Below, piece by piece: positions 10,671 to 20,614 of a stretch of DNA of 54,475 bases (position 1 is its first letter; the number at the start of each line of letters is the position of its first letter). The DNA is from Ignavibacteria bacterium. Its GTDB lineage: Bacteria; Bacteroidota; Ignavibacteria; Tepidaquicellales; OLB5. The position numbers were made by a program, and so were the translations under genes. Location: assembly GCA_013140565.1 (NCBI GenBank), contig JABFSP010000207.1, forward strand, positions 1-54,475, written 5' to 3'. The notes beneath the pieces were generated by a model that searched no databases, was not told where the DNA came from, and saw nothing but the letters and a program-made list of their open reading frames with translations.

Positions 10671-11780
10671 ATGAACGTTCCTTTTGTTGATCTCAAAACC
10701 CAGTATCAGGGTATAAAAGAAGAAGTTTTAAAAGAAATAAATGATGTATTGGATAATACGGCATATATATGCGGTAAAAAGGCCAAAAAATTTGAAGAAG
10801 ATTTTGCTAAGATACATAATGTAAAACACTCTGTTGGATTAAGTACCGGTACCGATGCCCTTCATGTGGCAATGCACGCACTCGGAATTAAACAGGGAGA
10901 TGAAGTAATTGTACCGGTAAATACATACATAGCGACTGCCGAAGGCGTTTCCTTATGTTACGCAAAACCCGTTTTTGTTGATAATGACGAGAAAACATAC
11001 AATATTGATGTTAATAAGATTGAATCTGCAATAACACCAAATACAAAAGCAATAATCCCTGTCCATCTTTACGGTCAACCCGCTGAAATGGATACAATAC
11101 TGGATATTGCAAAAAAGCATAACCTGCATGTAGTAGAAGACTGCTCACAAGCTCACCTTGCGACGTATAAAAGTAAAAAGATTGGCGGATTAGGAGTAAT
11201 TGGTACTTTCAGTTTTTATCCCGGAAAGAATCTTGGGGCATATGGTGAAGGCGGCGCTGTTACAACAAACGATGACAAGCTGTATGATTATATGTATAAA
11301 TACCGTCAGCACGGCTCAATTGAAAAGTATATTCACGATATCGAAGGACACAATTACAGGCTTGAAGAAATTCAGGCAGGTGTACTGAATGTTAAGATGA
11401 AGTATATCGAAAAGTGGACCAACATGAGAAGAAAAGCTGCAAAGTTGTACACAGAAACTTTTAATTCATTAGGAATTGAAGAAGTTGTTACTCCATGGCA
11501 CCCGGAGTATGTTGATCCTGTATATCATTTATATATTATCCGTGTAAAGAACAGGGAAAAACTGATTGATCACCTCAACAAAAACGGAGTTCAAAACGGG
11601 TTACATTACCCGCTCCCGCTTCATATGCAGAAAGCGTATTCACATTTAGGTTATGCCGCGGATGATTTTCCGGTTGCTAAAAAATATGCTGACGAAATAC
11701 TTTCAATTCCCATGTATCCCGAAATAACAGAAGAAATGATACAATATGTTTGCGGCACAATTAAGAAATTTTATTTATAA
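10671..11780 (+). CDS. DegT/DnrJ/EryC1-family PLP-dependent sugar aminotransferase (WbpE/WlbC-like)
   Basis: Starts MNVPFVDLKTQYQ. Contains GTDALH and FSFYPGKNLGAYGEGGA (PLP-lysine region). Length is typical at 369 aa. Confidence 0.85.
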   Translation: MNVPFVDLKTQYQGIKEEVLKEINDVLDNTAYICGKKAKKFEEDFAKIHNVKHSVGLSTGTDALHVAMHALGIKQGDEVIVPVNTYIATAEGVSLCYAKPVFVDNDEKTYNIDVNKIESAITPNTKAIIPVHLYGQPAEMDTILDIAKKHNLHVVEDCSQAHLATYKSKKIGGLGVIGTFSFYPGKNLGAYGEGGAVTTNDDKLYDYMYKYRQHGSIEKYIHDIEGHNYRLEEIQAGVLNVKMKYIEKWTNMRRKAAKLYTETFNSLGIEEVVTPWHPEYVDPVYHLYIIRVKNREKLIDHLNKNGVQNGLHYPLPLHMQKAYSHLGYAADDFPVAKKYADEILSIPMYPEITEEMIQYVCGTIKKFYL

Positions 11781-11815
11781 TATTACTCTCAATTATTAAC
11801 CGGTAACAAATTAAA

Positions 11816-13276
11816 ATGCTCGATGAATTCATAAAAAAATGGGGTGCAAAAAAACTGATCTTATCAGTTAATGATATCCTGTGTACTTTTATCGCGTTCA
11901 TACTTGCGCTTTACTTTACAGCACCCGGTATTGAATTTTATTTTACCGAACTATCCTTCATTGAGAAATTCCTTATATTCATGTTTGGTGCGTTACTTAT
12001 TATTCCCATATTCAGATATTACCAGCTGTATAAGCATAAATATTTCCTTCGTGTTGGTGAGCAAACCCTGCTTATATTAAAGGGTTTACTGATAAATAGC
12101 ATTATTATTATTATCGGTATCTTTATTATCAAAACCCAGGAAGCTCTTCATGATTCAAGAACACAGGTAATAATTTATTTTTCAATTTCATTTGCGCTTC
12201 TATTCATAACCCGTGTCCTTCTGTTAAGAAGATTATTAAGGGCTAATTATGTTGGCGGAAATATAAAAGATTTTATCACAAGGCGTGCAATTGCTGTAGG
12301 AGCCGGTAACCTGGGCATCTTCTTTTCTGAAATACTAACTGTAAAACCACATTATCATATTGAGCTTATTGGATTTATTGATGAAAATCCTGCAAAAAAC
12401 GGTACAATTGTCAACAGGGTTCCGGTCATAGGTGTGGTGGAAGATATACTTGCAATTACGGAAGAACAGGAAATTGATGAGATCTTTATCACCATTCAGA
12501 ATATTGAGAACAAGAAACTTCTGGATCTGATTGAAAAGTGTAAACTGACCAATTGTCATGTAAATCTTGTTTCAAATCATTTTGATATAATCTCCGCAAA
12601 GCTTGATGAGGGTGAGTATCACGATCTTAAGGTTATTTCAGTTTCACCAAAACTCTCACCACTATATTCTGAAAAATTCAAAAGAATATTTGATATTATT
12701 GCCTCCGGTATCCTGATATTACTGGCAACCCCGCTATTTTTGTTCATTGCTCTTTCGATCAAACTTACTTCCAGGGGTCCGGTCTTTTACAAATCAAACG
12801 TAGTTGGCAAGAACGGTAAGATTTTCAAATGGTACAAGTTCAGAACCATGTTTGCGAATAACGACGCAAGAATTCACGAAATGCATCTTGAAAGACTGAT
12901 AACTGCAAATAAAGGATATAAAAAACTGGTGAATGATCCGAGAATAACATCAGCCGGAAAATTCCTGAGAAAATTCAGTCTTGATGAGCTGCCACAGTTA
13001 TGGAATGTTTTTACAGGAAGCATGAGCCTTGTTGGTCCCAGACCCTGTTTACCATATGAATACGAACACTTCAAGGATTGGCATAAATTAAAATATAAAG
13101 TTATACCCGGAATTACCGGGCTTGCGCAGATAATAGCAAGGAACCGCGATGATGTTACTTTCAGCGATTCAGTGCTGCTTGATCTGTATTATGCGGATAA
13201 CCAGACCTTATGGCTTGACCTTAAAATTCTATTTAAAACAATACCTGTCATGGTATTCGGAAAAGGCGGAGTTTAA
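11816..13276 (+). CDS. Polyprenyl-phosphate glycosyl-1-phosphate transferase (WbaP-type initiating sugar transferase)
   Basis: N-terminal multi-TM region, a central Rossmann-like segment, and a C-terminal bacterial sugar transferase domain (FKRIFDI...GPVFY...KFRTM...[19 protein letters not shown]). Confidence 0.85.
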   Translation: MLDEFIKKWGAKKLILSVNDILCTFIAFILALYFTAPGIEFYFTELSFIEKFLIFMFGALLIIPIFRYYQLYKHKYFLRVGEQTLLILKGLLINSIIIIIGIFIIKTQEALHDSRTQVIIYFSISFALLFITRVLLLRRLLRANYVGGNIKDFITRRAIAVGAGNLGIFFSEILTVKPHYHIELIGFIDENPAKNGTIVNRVPVIGVVEDILAITEEQEIDEIFITIQNIENKKLLDLIEKCKLTNCHVNLVSNHFDIISAKLDEGEYHDLKVISVSPKLSPLYSEKFKRIFDIIASGILILLATPLFLFIALSIKLTSRGPVFYKSNVVGKNGKIFKWYKFRTMFANNDARIHEMHLERLITANKGYKKLVNDPRITSAGKFLRKFSLDELPQLWNVFTGSMSLVGPRPCLPYEYEHFKDWHKLKYKVIPGITGLAQIIARNRDDVTFSDSVLLDLYYADNQTLWLDLKILFKTIPVMVFGKGGV

Positions 13277-13356
13277 TTATTAAAACTACTGAAAAGATCA
13301 TTAACATAGGTGTAATTGGTGCAGGGTACTGGGGACCAAAGCTTGTAAGGAACTTT

Positions 13357-14322
13357 ATGAGTCTTCCAAACTGCAAAGTTAAAAAAGTAAGCGACCTGAA
13401 ATCAGGAAGGCTTGAATTCATTAAAAAAGAATTTCCGACGGTTGAGATAACAAAAGATTACCGGGAAATTTTACGGGATAAATCTATAAACGCTGTTGTT
13501 ATATCCACGCCTGTAACAACCCACAAAGAACTTGCTGAAGAAGCTATGATACTTGGCAAACATGTGTTTGTAGAAAAGCCCATGGCTTACAGCACAGAAG
13601 AAGCTGAATCTATGGTTTACACAGCCGGCAAATTGGGGAAGAAACTTGCAGTTGGGCATGTGTTCCAGTTTGCTCCTGCTGTAAGAAAAATAAAGGAGCT
13701 GCTTAAGAAAAAAGCAATTGGCAAAGTACTGCATATTACATCAACCAGGATAAATCTCGGGCCTCCGGAAACTGAAGTGGATGTTATTTGGGACCTGGGA
13801 CCACATGATTTTTCAATCATACTTTACCTGTTAGGTGAAGCTCCCTGGAAAGTTAATTCGATAAGGAATGAGTATCCTTTCGGTGCATTTAACGCACCGG
13901 GTTCAAAAAATAAGTTCAGGCATACCAATAACGCGCACATTGATCTAAACTTCAAAAGCGGAACGACTGCTCATATTCATTTAGGCTGGCTGTCATCAAA
14001 CAAAGTAAGATTAATGCAGGTATTTGGCACGGCAGGTACACTTGTTTATGATGAAATGCTTGCGCTTGACGGTAAATTGAAATTGTACGGACTTGGTATT
14101 GATAACAGGATAAAAAGTAAAGCCGGAGATTCAGGGGCGCTTGGTTACCAATCCGGTGAAATTACCATGTTACCACTAGAGCAGCACGAACCACTAAGGC
14201 TGGAATGCCAGGAATTTATTAATTCCATAATTTACAATAAACCTCTTATCAATGACGGTACAATTGGCCTTGAAGTGGTTAAGCTGCTTGAAACTTCAAG
14301 TGAATCATTTAATAAAAAATAG
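13357..14322 (+). CDS. Gfo/Idh/MocA-family NAD-dependent sugar oxidoreductase (WbpB/WlbA-like)
   Basis: VFVEKPMA motif and overall family layout. The dinucleotide-binding motif IGVIGAGYWG is encoded in frame upstream (13306-13340) of the first ATG. The real start is therefore 5' of 13357 and non-canonical (see finding). Confidence 0.8.
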   Translation: MSLPNCKVKKVSDLKSGRLEFIKKEFPTVEITKDYREILRDKSINAVVISTPVTTHKELAEEAMILGKHVFVEKPMAYSTEEAESMVYTAGKLGKKLAVGHVFQFAPAVRKIKELLKKKAIGKVLHITSTRINLGPPETEVDVIWDLGPHDFSIILYLLGEAPWKVNSIRNEYPFGAFNAPGSKNKFRHTNNAHIDLNFKSGTTAHIHLGWLSSNKVRLMQVFGTAGTLVYDEMLALDGKLKLYGLGIDNRIKSKAGDSGALGYQSGEITMLPLEQHEPLRLECQEFINSIIYNKPLINDGTIGLEVVKLLETSSESFNKK

Positions 14323-14325
14323 TTA

Positions 14326-14904
14326 ATGGAAAAGAATTATTTTGTTCATCCCAACGCTATTGTGGAATCGGAAAGTATTGGCGATAAAACAAGAGTTTGG
14401 GCATTTGCACATGTAATGAATAACGTCTCAATAGGAACGGATTGCAATCTTGGTAATTATGTGTTTGTTGAAAGCGGAGTAGTAATTGGCAACAGGGTCA
14501 CAATAAAAAACAGCATTTCCCTTTGGGAAGGGCTGAATATTGAAGATGATGTTTTCCTGGGTCCGAATGCCGTTTTTACCAACGATATGTTTCCAAGGAG
14601 CAAAAGACATTCCGGCAATTTCCTTTCGACTCATATTAAAAAAGGTGCAAGCGTAGGGGCAAATGCAACTATACTTTGCGGCATATCTTTAGGCAAATAT
14701 TGCTTGATAGGTGCCGGTTCTGTTGTTACAAGATCCGTCCCCGATTTTGCGCTGGTAACTGGCAATCCCGCCAGATTCAGGTATTGGGTAGGCAAAACAG
14801 GCGAGAAATTAAGCTTTGATTCAAATAATTCAGCAGAAGATTCAGAAGGAAACAAGTACGCGTTTATCCCTGACAATAAAACAGGAATGGTAAAGGAACT
14901 ATAA
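14326..14904 (+). CDS. Left-handed beta-helix (hexapeptide) sugar N-acetyltransferase, WbpD/WlbB-like
   Basis: Hexapeptide repeats. From memory it resembles WlbB-type enzymes along its length (..HP.A.V......IG..TR.W.F.H...........N..V..GV.IGN.V.I.N..S......EDDVF.GP..VFTND..PR...GA..GAN.T...G...G......GAG.VVT..VPDFALV.GNPAR...W). Confidence 0.75.
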   Translation: MEKNYFVHPNAIVESESIGDKTRVWAFAHVMNNVSIGTDCNLGNYVFVESGVVIGNRVTIKNSISLWEGLNIEDDVFLGPNAVFTNDMFPRSKRHSGNFLSTHIKKGASVGANATILCGISLGKYCLIGAGSVVTRSVPDFALVTGNPARFRYWVGKTGEKLSFDSNNSAEDSEGNKYAFIPDNKTGMVKEL

Positions 14905-14907
14905 CAC

Positions 14908-15897
14908 TTGATAATATCTCAAACTCCATTAAGGATCAGTCTTTCCGGTGGCGGAACTGACCTTTCGAACTATTACCTTCCTCACGAAGGATTCGTAGTA
15001 AGTACTGCAATTGATAAATACATTTATGTTATCGTCAAAGAGCGATTTGATGACCTTATATATGTTGATTATTCCAGTAAGGAGATAATTTCAAACATAT
15101 CTGAGATAAAACATGATCTTGTGAGAGAAGCAGCAAAACTAACAGGTATGACCAAGGGTTTTGAGGTTATGATGTTTGCTGATATTCCCTCTGAAGGCTC
15201 AGGTCTGGGCTCCTCAAGCAGTCTGACAGTAGGTTTGCTGCATGCATTCTACCAGTATCTAGGAAAACTGGTTACAGCAGAGCAATTAGCCAGGGAAGCA
15301 TGCCATATTGAAATTGATTTGCTTGAGCGCCCCATTGGGAAACAAGATCAGTATATCGCCGCATATGGCGGACTCAAATCATTCAGATTCCGTAAAGATG
15401 ATACCGTTGAAGTTGCCCATATTGAAATAGTAAGCGAAGCGAAAAGAAAATTAGGCTCAAACCTGTTATTATTTTTCACAGATACAACCCGCAAAGCCGC
15501 TTCTATACTGGAAGAACAGAGTAAAAACGTATTGAGCAAAATTGAGTTCCATCATAAGATAAAAGAACTTGCTTTTGATACACTTGACGGTCTCAATACG
15601 CTTGACATAAACCGGGTTGGAGAAAACCTTAAAATAAACTGGGAAATGAAAAAACAGCTGGCCTCAAATGTCTCAAATCCCGCAATAGATAAAATGCACT
15701 CTCTCGCGATGGATGGAGGAGCGTTGGGAGCTAAGATATCAGGTGCCGGAGGCGGAGGATTTTTGCTTGTTTATTGTGAAAGAGATAAACAGGATACTTT
15801 AAGAAGAAGTTTAAGACCATACAGAGAGCTGCCGTTCTTCCTTGAAAAATACGGAAGCAAGATAATTTTTGATCAAACCAGATACGATATAAAATAA
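14908..15897 (+). CDS. GHMP-family sugar kinase, D-glycero-D-manno-heptose 7-phosphate kinase (HddA)-like
   Basis: TTG start. N-terminus IISQTPLRISLSGGGTDL, GHMP motif PSEGSGLGSSSS, and C-terminal GAKISGAGGGGF. Confidence 0.7.
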   Translation: MIISQTPLRISLSGGGTDLSNYYLPHEGFVVSTAIDKYIYVIVKERFDDLIYVDYSSKEIISNISEIKHDLVREAAKLTGMTKGFEVMMFADIPSEGSGLGSSSSLTVGLLHAFYQYLGKLVTAEQLAREACHIEIDLLERPIGKQDQYIAAYGGLKSFRFRKDDTVEVAHIEIVSEAKRKLGSNLLLFFTDTTRKAASILEEQSKNVLSKIEFHHKIKELAFDTLDGLNTLDINRVGENLKINWEMKKQLASNVSNPAIDKMHSLAMDGGALGAKISGAGGGGFLLVYCERDKQDTLRRSLRPYRELPFFLEKYGSKIIFDQTRYDIK

Positions 15898-15911
15898 ACA
15901 GGATAATTCTT

Positions 15912-17030
15912 ATGATGGAAAAAGTTTTAGTTACCGGGGGTGCCGGTTTTATTGGCTCTCATACTGTGGATAGGCTGCTTAAGATAGGTTATGAGGTCAG
16001 GATACTGGATAACCTTCAAAAGCCTGTGCATTTAAAGGGTAAACCTTCATATATTCCCGGCAAAGCTGAGTTTATTTTAGGAGATGTACGAGATAGAGAT
16101 ACAATTGAAAAAGCGCTTGATGGCATAGATTATATTTTTCATTTTGCAGCTTACCAGGACTACCTTCCTGATTTCTCCACTTTTTTCCACGTTAATTCTG
16201 TAAGCACCGCTCTTATTTATGAGATCGCAGTAGCCAAGAAGCTCCCGATAAAGAAAATCATTGTAGCGTCATCACAGTTTGTTAATGGTGAAGGTATATA
16301 TAAAAATAAAGAAGGAAGCTTCGTATATCCAAAGCGCAGGTCAAATGAGCAGCTTGAAAAAGGCCGGTGGAATTTTACAGATAAAGATGGCGATCCTATG
16401 GAATATATCTGGACGCCGGAAACTTATGCCTGTCCGCCAAACCAATATGCAATTTCAAAATATTCGCAGGAACTGATGGCTTTGAATTTTGGGGAACGTT
16501 ATAATATTCCCAGTGTGGCTCTGCGGTATTCCATAGTTCAGGGCTCAAGGCAATCGTTTTATAATATGTACAGCGGTGCCTGCCGGATATTTTCCTTGAG
16601 CTACTTTTTTGATAAGGCGCCAACTGTTTACGAAGATGGTATGATGATGCGTGATTTTGTAAATGTACACGATGTTGTTGATGCCAATATACTTGTTATG
16701 CAGGATGAAAGAGCTGATTACAATGCTTTTAATGTTGGCGGCGGTAAAGCATACACTGTAAAGGGATTTTCGGAAATTGTTGCAAAAGAATTCGGCAAAG
16801 AAAGCATAGCGGCAAATATATCCGGCGAATATCGCTTTGGTGATACCAGGAATGCATGTTCGGATATTACCAAACTTAAGTCATTGGGTTGGTCACCACT
16901 CAGAACAGCCGAAGACAGCGTAAAAGAGTATGTTGACTATCTTAAAGCTCAAACTGATATTGAAGATATTTTAGCATATGCTGAAAGTACCATGAAAAAC
17001 CTTAATGTAGTAAGAAAAGCAGGGAATTAA
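15912..17030 (+). CDS. NAD-dependent sugar epimerase/dehydratase (extended SDR)
   Basis: VLVTGGAGFIGSH Rossmann motif and YAISK catalytic YxxxK. 372 aa. Confidence 0.8.
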   Translation: MMEKVLVTGGAGFIGSHTVDRLLKIGYEVRILDNLQKPVHLKGKPSYIPGKAEFILGDVRDRDTIEKALDGIDYIFHFAAYQDYLPDFSTFFHVNSVSTALIYEIAVAKKLPIKKIIVASSQFVNGEGIYKNKEGSFVYPKRRSNEQLEKGRWNFTDKDGDPMEYIWTPETYACPPNQYAISKYSQELMALNFGERYNIPSVALRYSIVQGSRQSFYNMYSGACRIFSLSYFFDKAPTVYEDGMMMRDFVNVHDVVDANILVMQDERADYNAFNVGGGKAYTVKGFSEIVAKEFGKESIAANISGEYRFGDTRNACSDITKLKSLGWSPLRTAEDSVKEYVDYLKAQTDIEDILAYAESTMKNLNVVRKAGN

Positions 17031-17129
17031 TCATTTTTTTAAATTATTTTACCTTTATGTAGTATTTTCATTGTGATAATATTAATTTATGTGGATTTTT
17101 GTAATTAATTAAACTTATTTTATATATTT

Positions 17130-17699
17130 ATGGAATTTAAAAGCTATAAAAAACTTGTAACTGATACTATGGATTCAGTAGATCAGGCTGAAATTGATAA
17201 CTTTATTGACCTGATTGTAGACGCCTATAAAAACGATAAGTTTGTTTTTGTAATTGGCAATGGAGGCAGCTCAGCTAATGCTTCTCATTTGGCACAGGAC
17301 CTGGCAAAAGGTACCAAAGTACATCCGGTACACGAAGTAAGATTAAAAGCATTAAGTTTGACAGATAACACTCCTTTTTTAACCGCACAGGCAAATGATG
17401 AAGGTTACGATACAATATTTGAACAGCAGCTTGTAACTTATGCAAAAGCAGGAGATTTAGTTATTGCAATTAGCGGTTCGGGCAACAGTCCGAATATTAT
17501 CAAAGCTATTGATTGGGCAAACAACAATGGCATGGTTACAATTGGTGTTACTGCTTACGATGGCGGAAAGTTATACAAGATTGCTCACCATAAACTCCAC
17601 GTTCCTCTAAATGAAATGTGCACTGCAGAAAGTATTCACTCAATTGTATTTCATTATGTTATTCTTGAACTCAGAGAAAAATTCAAGCAGCTTAACTAA
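17130..17699 (+). CDS. SIS-domain sugar-phosphate isomerase, phosphoheptose isomerase (GmhA)-like
   Basis: GNGGSSANASHLAQDL and ISGSGNSPNI SIS motifs. 189 aa. Confidence 0.75.
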   Translation: MEFKSYKKLVTDTMDSVDQAEIDNFIDLIVDAYKNDKFVFVIGNGGSSANASHLAQDLAKGTKVHPVHEVRLKALSLTDNTPFLTAQANDEGYDTIFEQQLVTYAKAGDLVIAISGSGNSPNIIKAIDWANNNGMVTIGVTAYDGGKLYKIAHHKLHVPLNEMCTAESIHSIVFHYVILELREKFKQLN

Positions 17700-17724
17700 A
17701 TTTTTTGTAAATAATCCAAACAAT

Positions 17725-19419
17725 ATGCGAAAGTTCAGATACTTTTTAGCTTTATTACTTTTTTTCTGTCTTGCAAAATTTTCTTTTTCCCAGGTTGAGT
17801 TAGTTCCGCTTGCAAACCCTGTGTATGACTTCCTGGACAGAATGTTAACCAACAAAGTAATTGAAGGCTATTCATCTTCAATGGGTCCCATTTCCAGAAG
17901 AGAAGCAGCTAATCATCTGAAAGAAGTCACGGAAAAAAGGAACAAACTTTCAAAAACTGATAAAGCATTATTGAATTATTACACCACTGAATTTGAATAC
18001 GATATGTACGGAACAATGAAAAATTCTTCTAACTTCATTTCTAAAAAAGGGGTAGGTGAACTTTTTTCAAATAAGAAACAAAAATACCTATACTCTTCTG
18101 TTGACTCAAATGTTTCATTTTTCTGGGATGGACTTGCAAATATAAGGTATATCGGGCTTGAGGGGGATTCTGCAGGGAAACCTCATGTTTTGCTTGGTGA
18201 GCTTGGCACAAGAATAAGAGGTACCCTCTTCAATTCTGTTGGTTATTATTTAAGGTTATCAAACGGAGTAAGGCTTGGCGGCACTTCCGAAGACGCACAG
18301 CAAACTGCGTTTGTGGATCCGCTGCTTTCATCAATAAGGAAATACCGAAGCGAAGGCAACAAAACTTTTGACAGTTACGAAGGGTATTTAAGATATGCAC
18401 CGACAAAGGACTGGCTTGGCTTAACAGTTGGAAGAGAAGCATTGAATTTTGGAACCGGCTACATAGATAAATTATTTCTCTCCAATAAAAATTCTGCACC
18501 ATTTGATTTCCTGAAGCTCGATCTTCATTACAAAAAAATAAGATACTCGTTTTTTCATTCCAGTATTGTGGGAAATGATTCTAATGGAGCTCAATTATCA
18601 TCAAAATACCTGGTGTTCCACAGGCTTGAGCTGGGACCATTCTTCAATAATTCATTCAAGCTCGCTTTTAATGAGATGGTAGTTTACAGTAATGTTCCAA
18701 TGAACTTCGCATTCATAAACCCGATAAGTTTTCTCACTTCAGCCGATATGAACACTGAGCTTCCGGGTAAAAATTCAAATAACACACTCCTTGGTTTTGA
18801 TATGCAGGTGTATCCTGCCAAAAATATTTCAATCCAGGGCAGTTTGTTAATTGATGATCTGAATTTTGAAACACTTGGTGTTGATTCTACCAAAGGGAAT
18901 GACAATAAATTTGCCATTCAGGGCGGCGTAAACTGGCAAAGTGCGTTTACACTGCCTAATCTTGGACTTACATATGAATTCACCAGGGTAAACCCGTTTG
19001 TCTATGCGCACAGGGAAGTAAATAATTCATATGCAAACTGGAATCTGCCCATGGGCCATTCACTCAACCCGAATTCAGATGAACATGCCTTCCGTATGGC
19101 TTATAATTTCGGAAGCAGGTTACGGGTAGCCGTAACCTACAAGATACAGCGCACAGGTGAAAATTACACTGATAGTCTTGGAAATTTCGTAAATGTGGGC
19201 TCAAATATCCTGGATGGCAGCGAAGATTTTGCGCGCAAAAATGAATTCTTAAACGGTATCAGAGTTAACAGGAACATTATAATTGCTGAACTGGAATTTG
19301 AACCGATTAAACAGTATTATATTACTATCAAATATCAGCGCAGGAATTATGACTATGTTGACAGAAATATTTCTTACGGTGAAAATATATTCTGGGGATC
19401 ATTCAGAATAGATTATTGA
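17725..19419 (+). CDS. Outer-membrane beta-barrel protein, capsule-assembly Wzi-like
   Basis: Signal peptide MRKFRYFLALLLFFCLAKFSFSQ at the internal Met. The ORF-track start at 17611 would overlap the upstream gene. The N-terminal helical segment (PVYDFLDRML...ISRREAANHL) and a long stretch of alternating beta-strands ending in an aromatic residue fit my memory of the Wzi family. The family call is tentative. Confidence 0.45.
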   Translation: MRKFRYFLALLLFFCLAKFSFSQVELVPLANPVYDFLDRMLTNKVIEGYSSSMGPISRREAANHLKEVTEKRNKLSKTDKALLNYYTTEFEYDMYGTMKNSSNFISKKGVGELFSNKKQKYLYSSVDSNVSFFWDGLANIRYIGLEGDSAGKPHVLLGELGTRIRGTLFNSVGYYLRLSNGVRLGGTSEDAQQTAFVDPLLSSIRKYRSEGNKTFDSYEGYLRYAPTKDWLGLTVGREALNFGTGYIDKLFLSNKNSAPFDFLKLDLHYKKIRYSFFHSSIVGNDSNGAQLSSKYLVFHRLELGPFFNNSFKLAFNEMVVYSNVPMNFAFINPISFLTSADMNTELPGKNSNNTLLGFDMQVYPAKNISIQGSLLIDDLNFETLGVDSTKGNDNKFAIQGGVNWQSAFTLPNLGLTYEFTRVNPFVYAHREVNNSYANWNLPMGHSLNPNSDEHAFRMAYNFGSRLRVAVTYKIQRTGENYTDSLGNFVNVGSNILDGSEDFARKNEFLNGIRVNRNIIIAELEFEPIKQYYITIKYQRRNYDYVDRNISYGENIFWGSFRIDY

Positions 19420-19423
19420 TCAA

Positions 19424-20611
19424 ATGACAAAAGCCGAAATAAAAGATAAAATATCCAAGCTTGCTTCCAAATACAGCAAGGAATTGATTGAACTTCGAAG
19501 GAATATTCACAGTAATCCGGAAACGGCTTTTAATGAATTTGAAACGACTAAACTGCTATACAGCAGACTTAACAAGAATGGTTTTGATAAAGTAAACCGC
19601 GTTACAAAAACCGGACTGTTTGCAGTGCTTAACGGTAAAAAGGGCAAATGTGTTGCCTTAAGAGCTGATATTGATGCCCTTCCTATCACTGAAAATACAG
19701 GTCTAAAATTCGCCTCAAAAAACCCGGGCATTATGCATGCCTGCGGACACGATGCTCATTCCGCAATGGTATATGGTGCAGCGCTGATACTCAAAGAACT
19801 GAAAAAAGAACTGAATGGCTCTGTGAAATTCATTTTTCAGCCTGCTGAAGAGAAGAATCCGGGCGGAGCTTCTGTGTTGATTAAAAACGGGATCCTCCAA
19901 AACCCAAAAGTTGATGCGATTTTCGGTCAGCATATATTGCCGGGTAAACCTGCCGGAAAGGTTGGGTTCTATCCCGGTGTTATGATGGCATCACAGGATG
20001 AAATTTACATTACAATTAAAGGTAAAGCCGGACACGGTGCTAAACCGCAATCAGCAATAGATCCAATTGTAATTGCTTCACAGGTCGTACTTGCACTTCA
20101 AACGATAGTTTCAAGAAACACCGATCCTTACGAGCCGATAGTAATTACTATAGGGAAATTCACAAGCGGCACAATTAATAATGTAATTCCTGATACCGCA
20201 GAGCTTTCAGGTACAGTCAGAACGTTAAATGAAAAACTGAGAAAAAGTACACTTAAACTTATTGAGCGTACTGTAAAGGGTATTTGCCAATCTGCGGGAG
20301 CGGGCTATGAATTCAGAGTTTCACCGGGATACCCTGAACTGAATAATACAGCAGCCGAAACTGCATTCGCTCAAAACTCAGCTCTTGAGTTTTTAGGAAA
20401 AGAGGACATTTTCAAGGGTGAGCGTTTTATGTTCGCCGAAGATTTTGCTTACTACCTAAAAAAATGCCCCGGCTCCTTTTACTGGATCGGGGCAGGAAAC
20501 ACTTCCGGTCTTCATACTTCTACACTAAGCCTTGATGAAAAATTAATTCCAAAGGGTGCGGCGTTTATGGCCTACCTTGCCTGGAATTGGCTTAATAATC
20601 ATTCTTCCTAA
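19424..20611 (+). CDS. M20-family amidohydrolase (aminoacylase/hippurate hydrolase-like)
   Basis: HACGHDAH metal-binding motif, LRADIDALP, and FQPAEE. Confidence 0.8.
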   Translation: MTKAEIKDKISKLASKYSKELIELRRNIHSNPETAFNEFETTKLLYSRLNKNGFDKVNRVTKTGLFAVLNGKKGKCVALRADIDALPITENTGLKFASKNPGIMHACGHDAHSAMVYGAALILKELKKELNGSVKFIFQPAEEKNPGGASVLIKNGILQNPKVDAIFGQHILPGKPAGKVGFYPGVMMASQDEIYITIKGKAGHGAKPQSAIDPIVIASQVVLALQTIVSRNTDPYEPIVITIGKFTSGTINNVIPDTAELSGTVRTLNEKLRKSTLKLIERTVKGICQSAGAGYEFRVSPGYPELNNTAAETAFAQNSALEFLGKEDIFKGERFMFAEDFAYYLKKCPGSFYWIGAGNTSGLHTSTLSLDEKLIPKGAAFMAYLAWNWLNNHSS

Positions 20612-20614
20612 AGA

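Noticed and set aside
17611-17724. Upstream extension of the Wzi-like ORF that overlaps the end of the GmhA-like gene
   Set aside because: The internal Met at 17725 is followed immediately by a textbook signal peptide. The extension overlaps the preceding gene by 89 nt.
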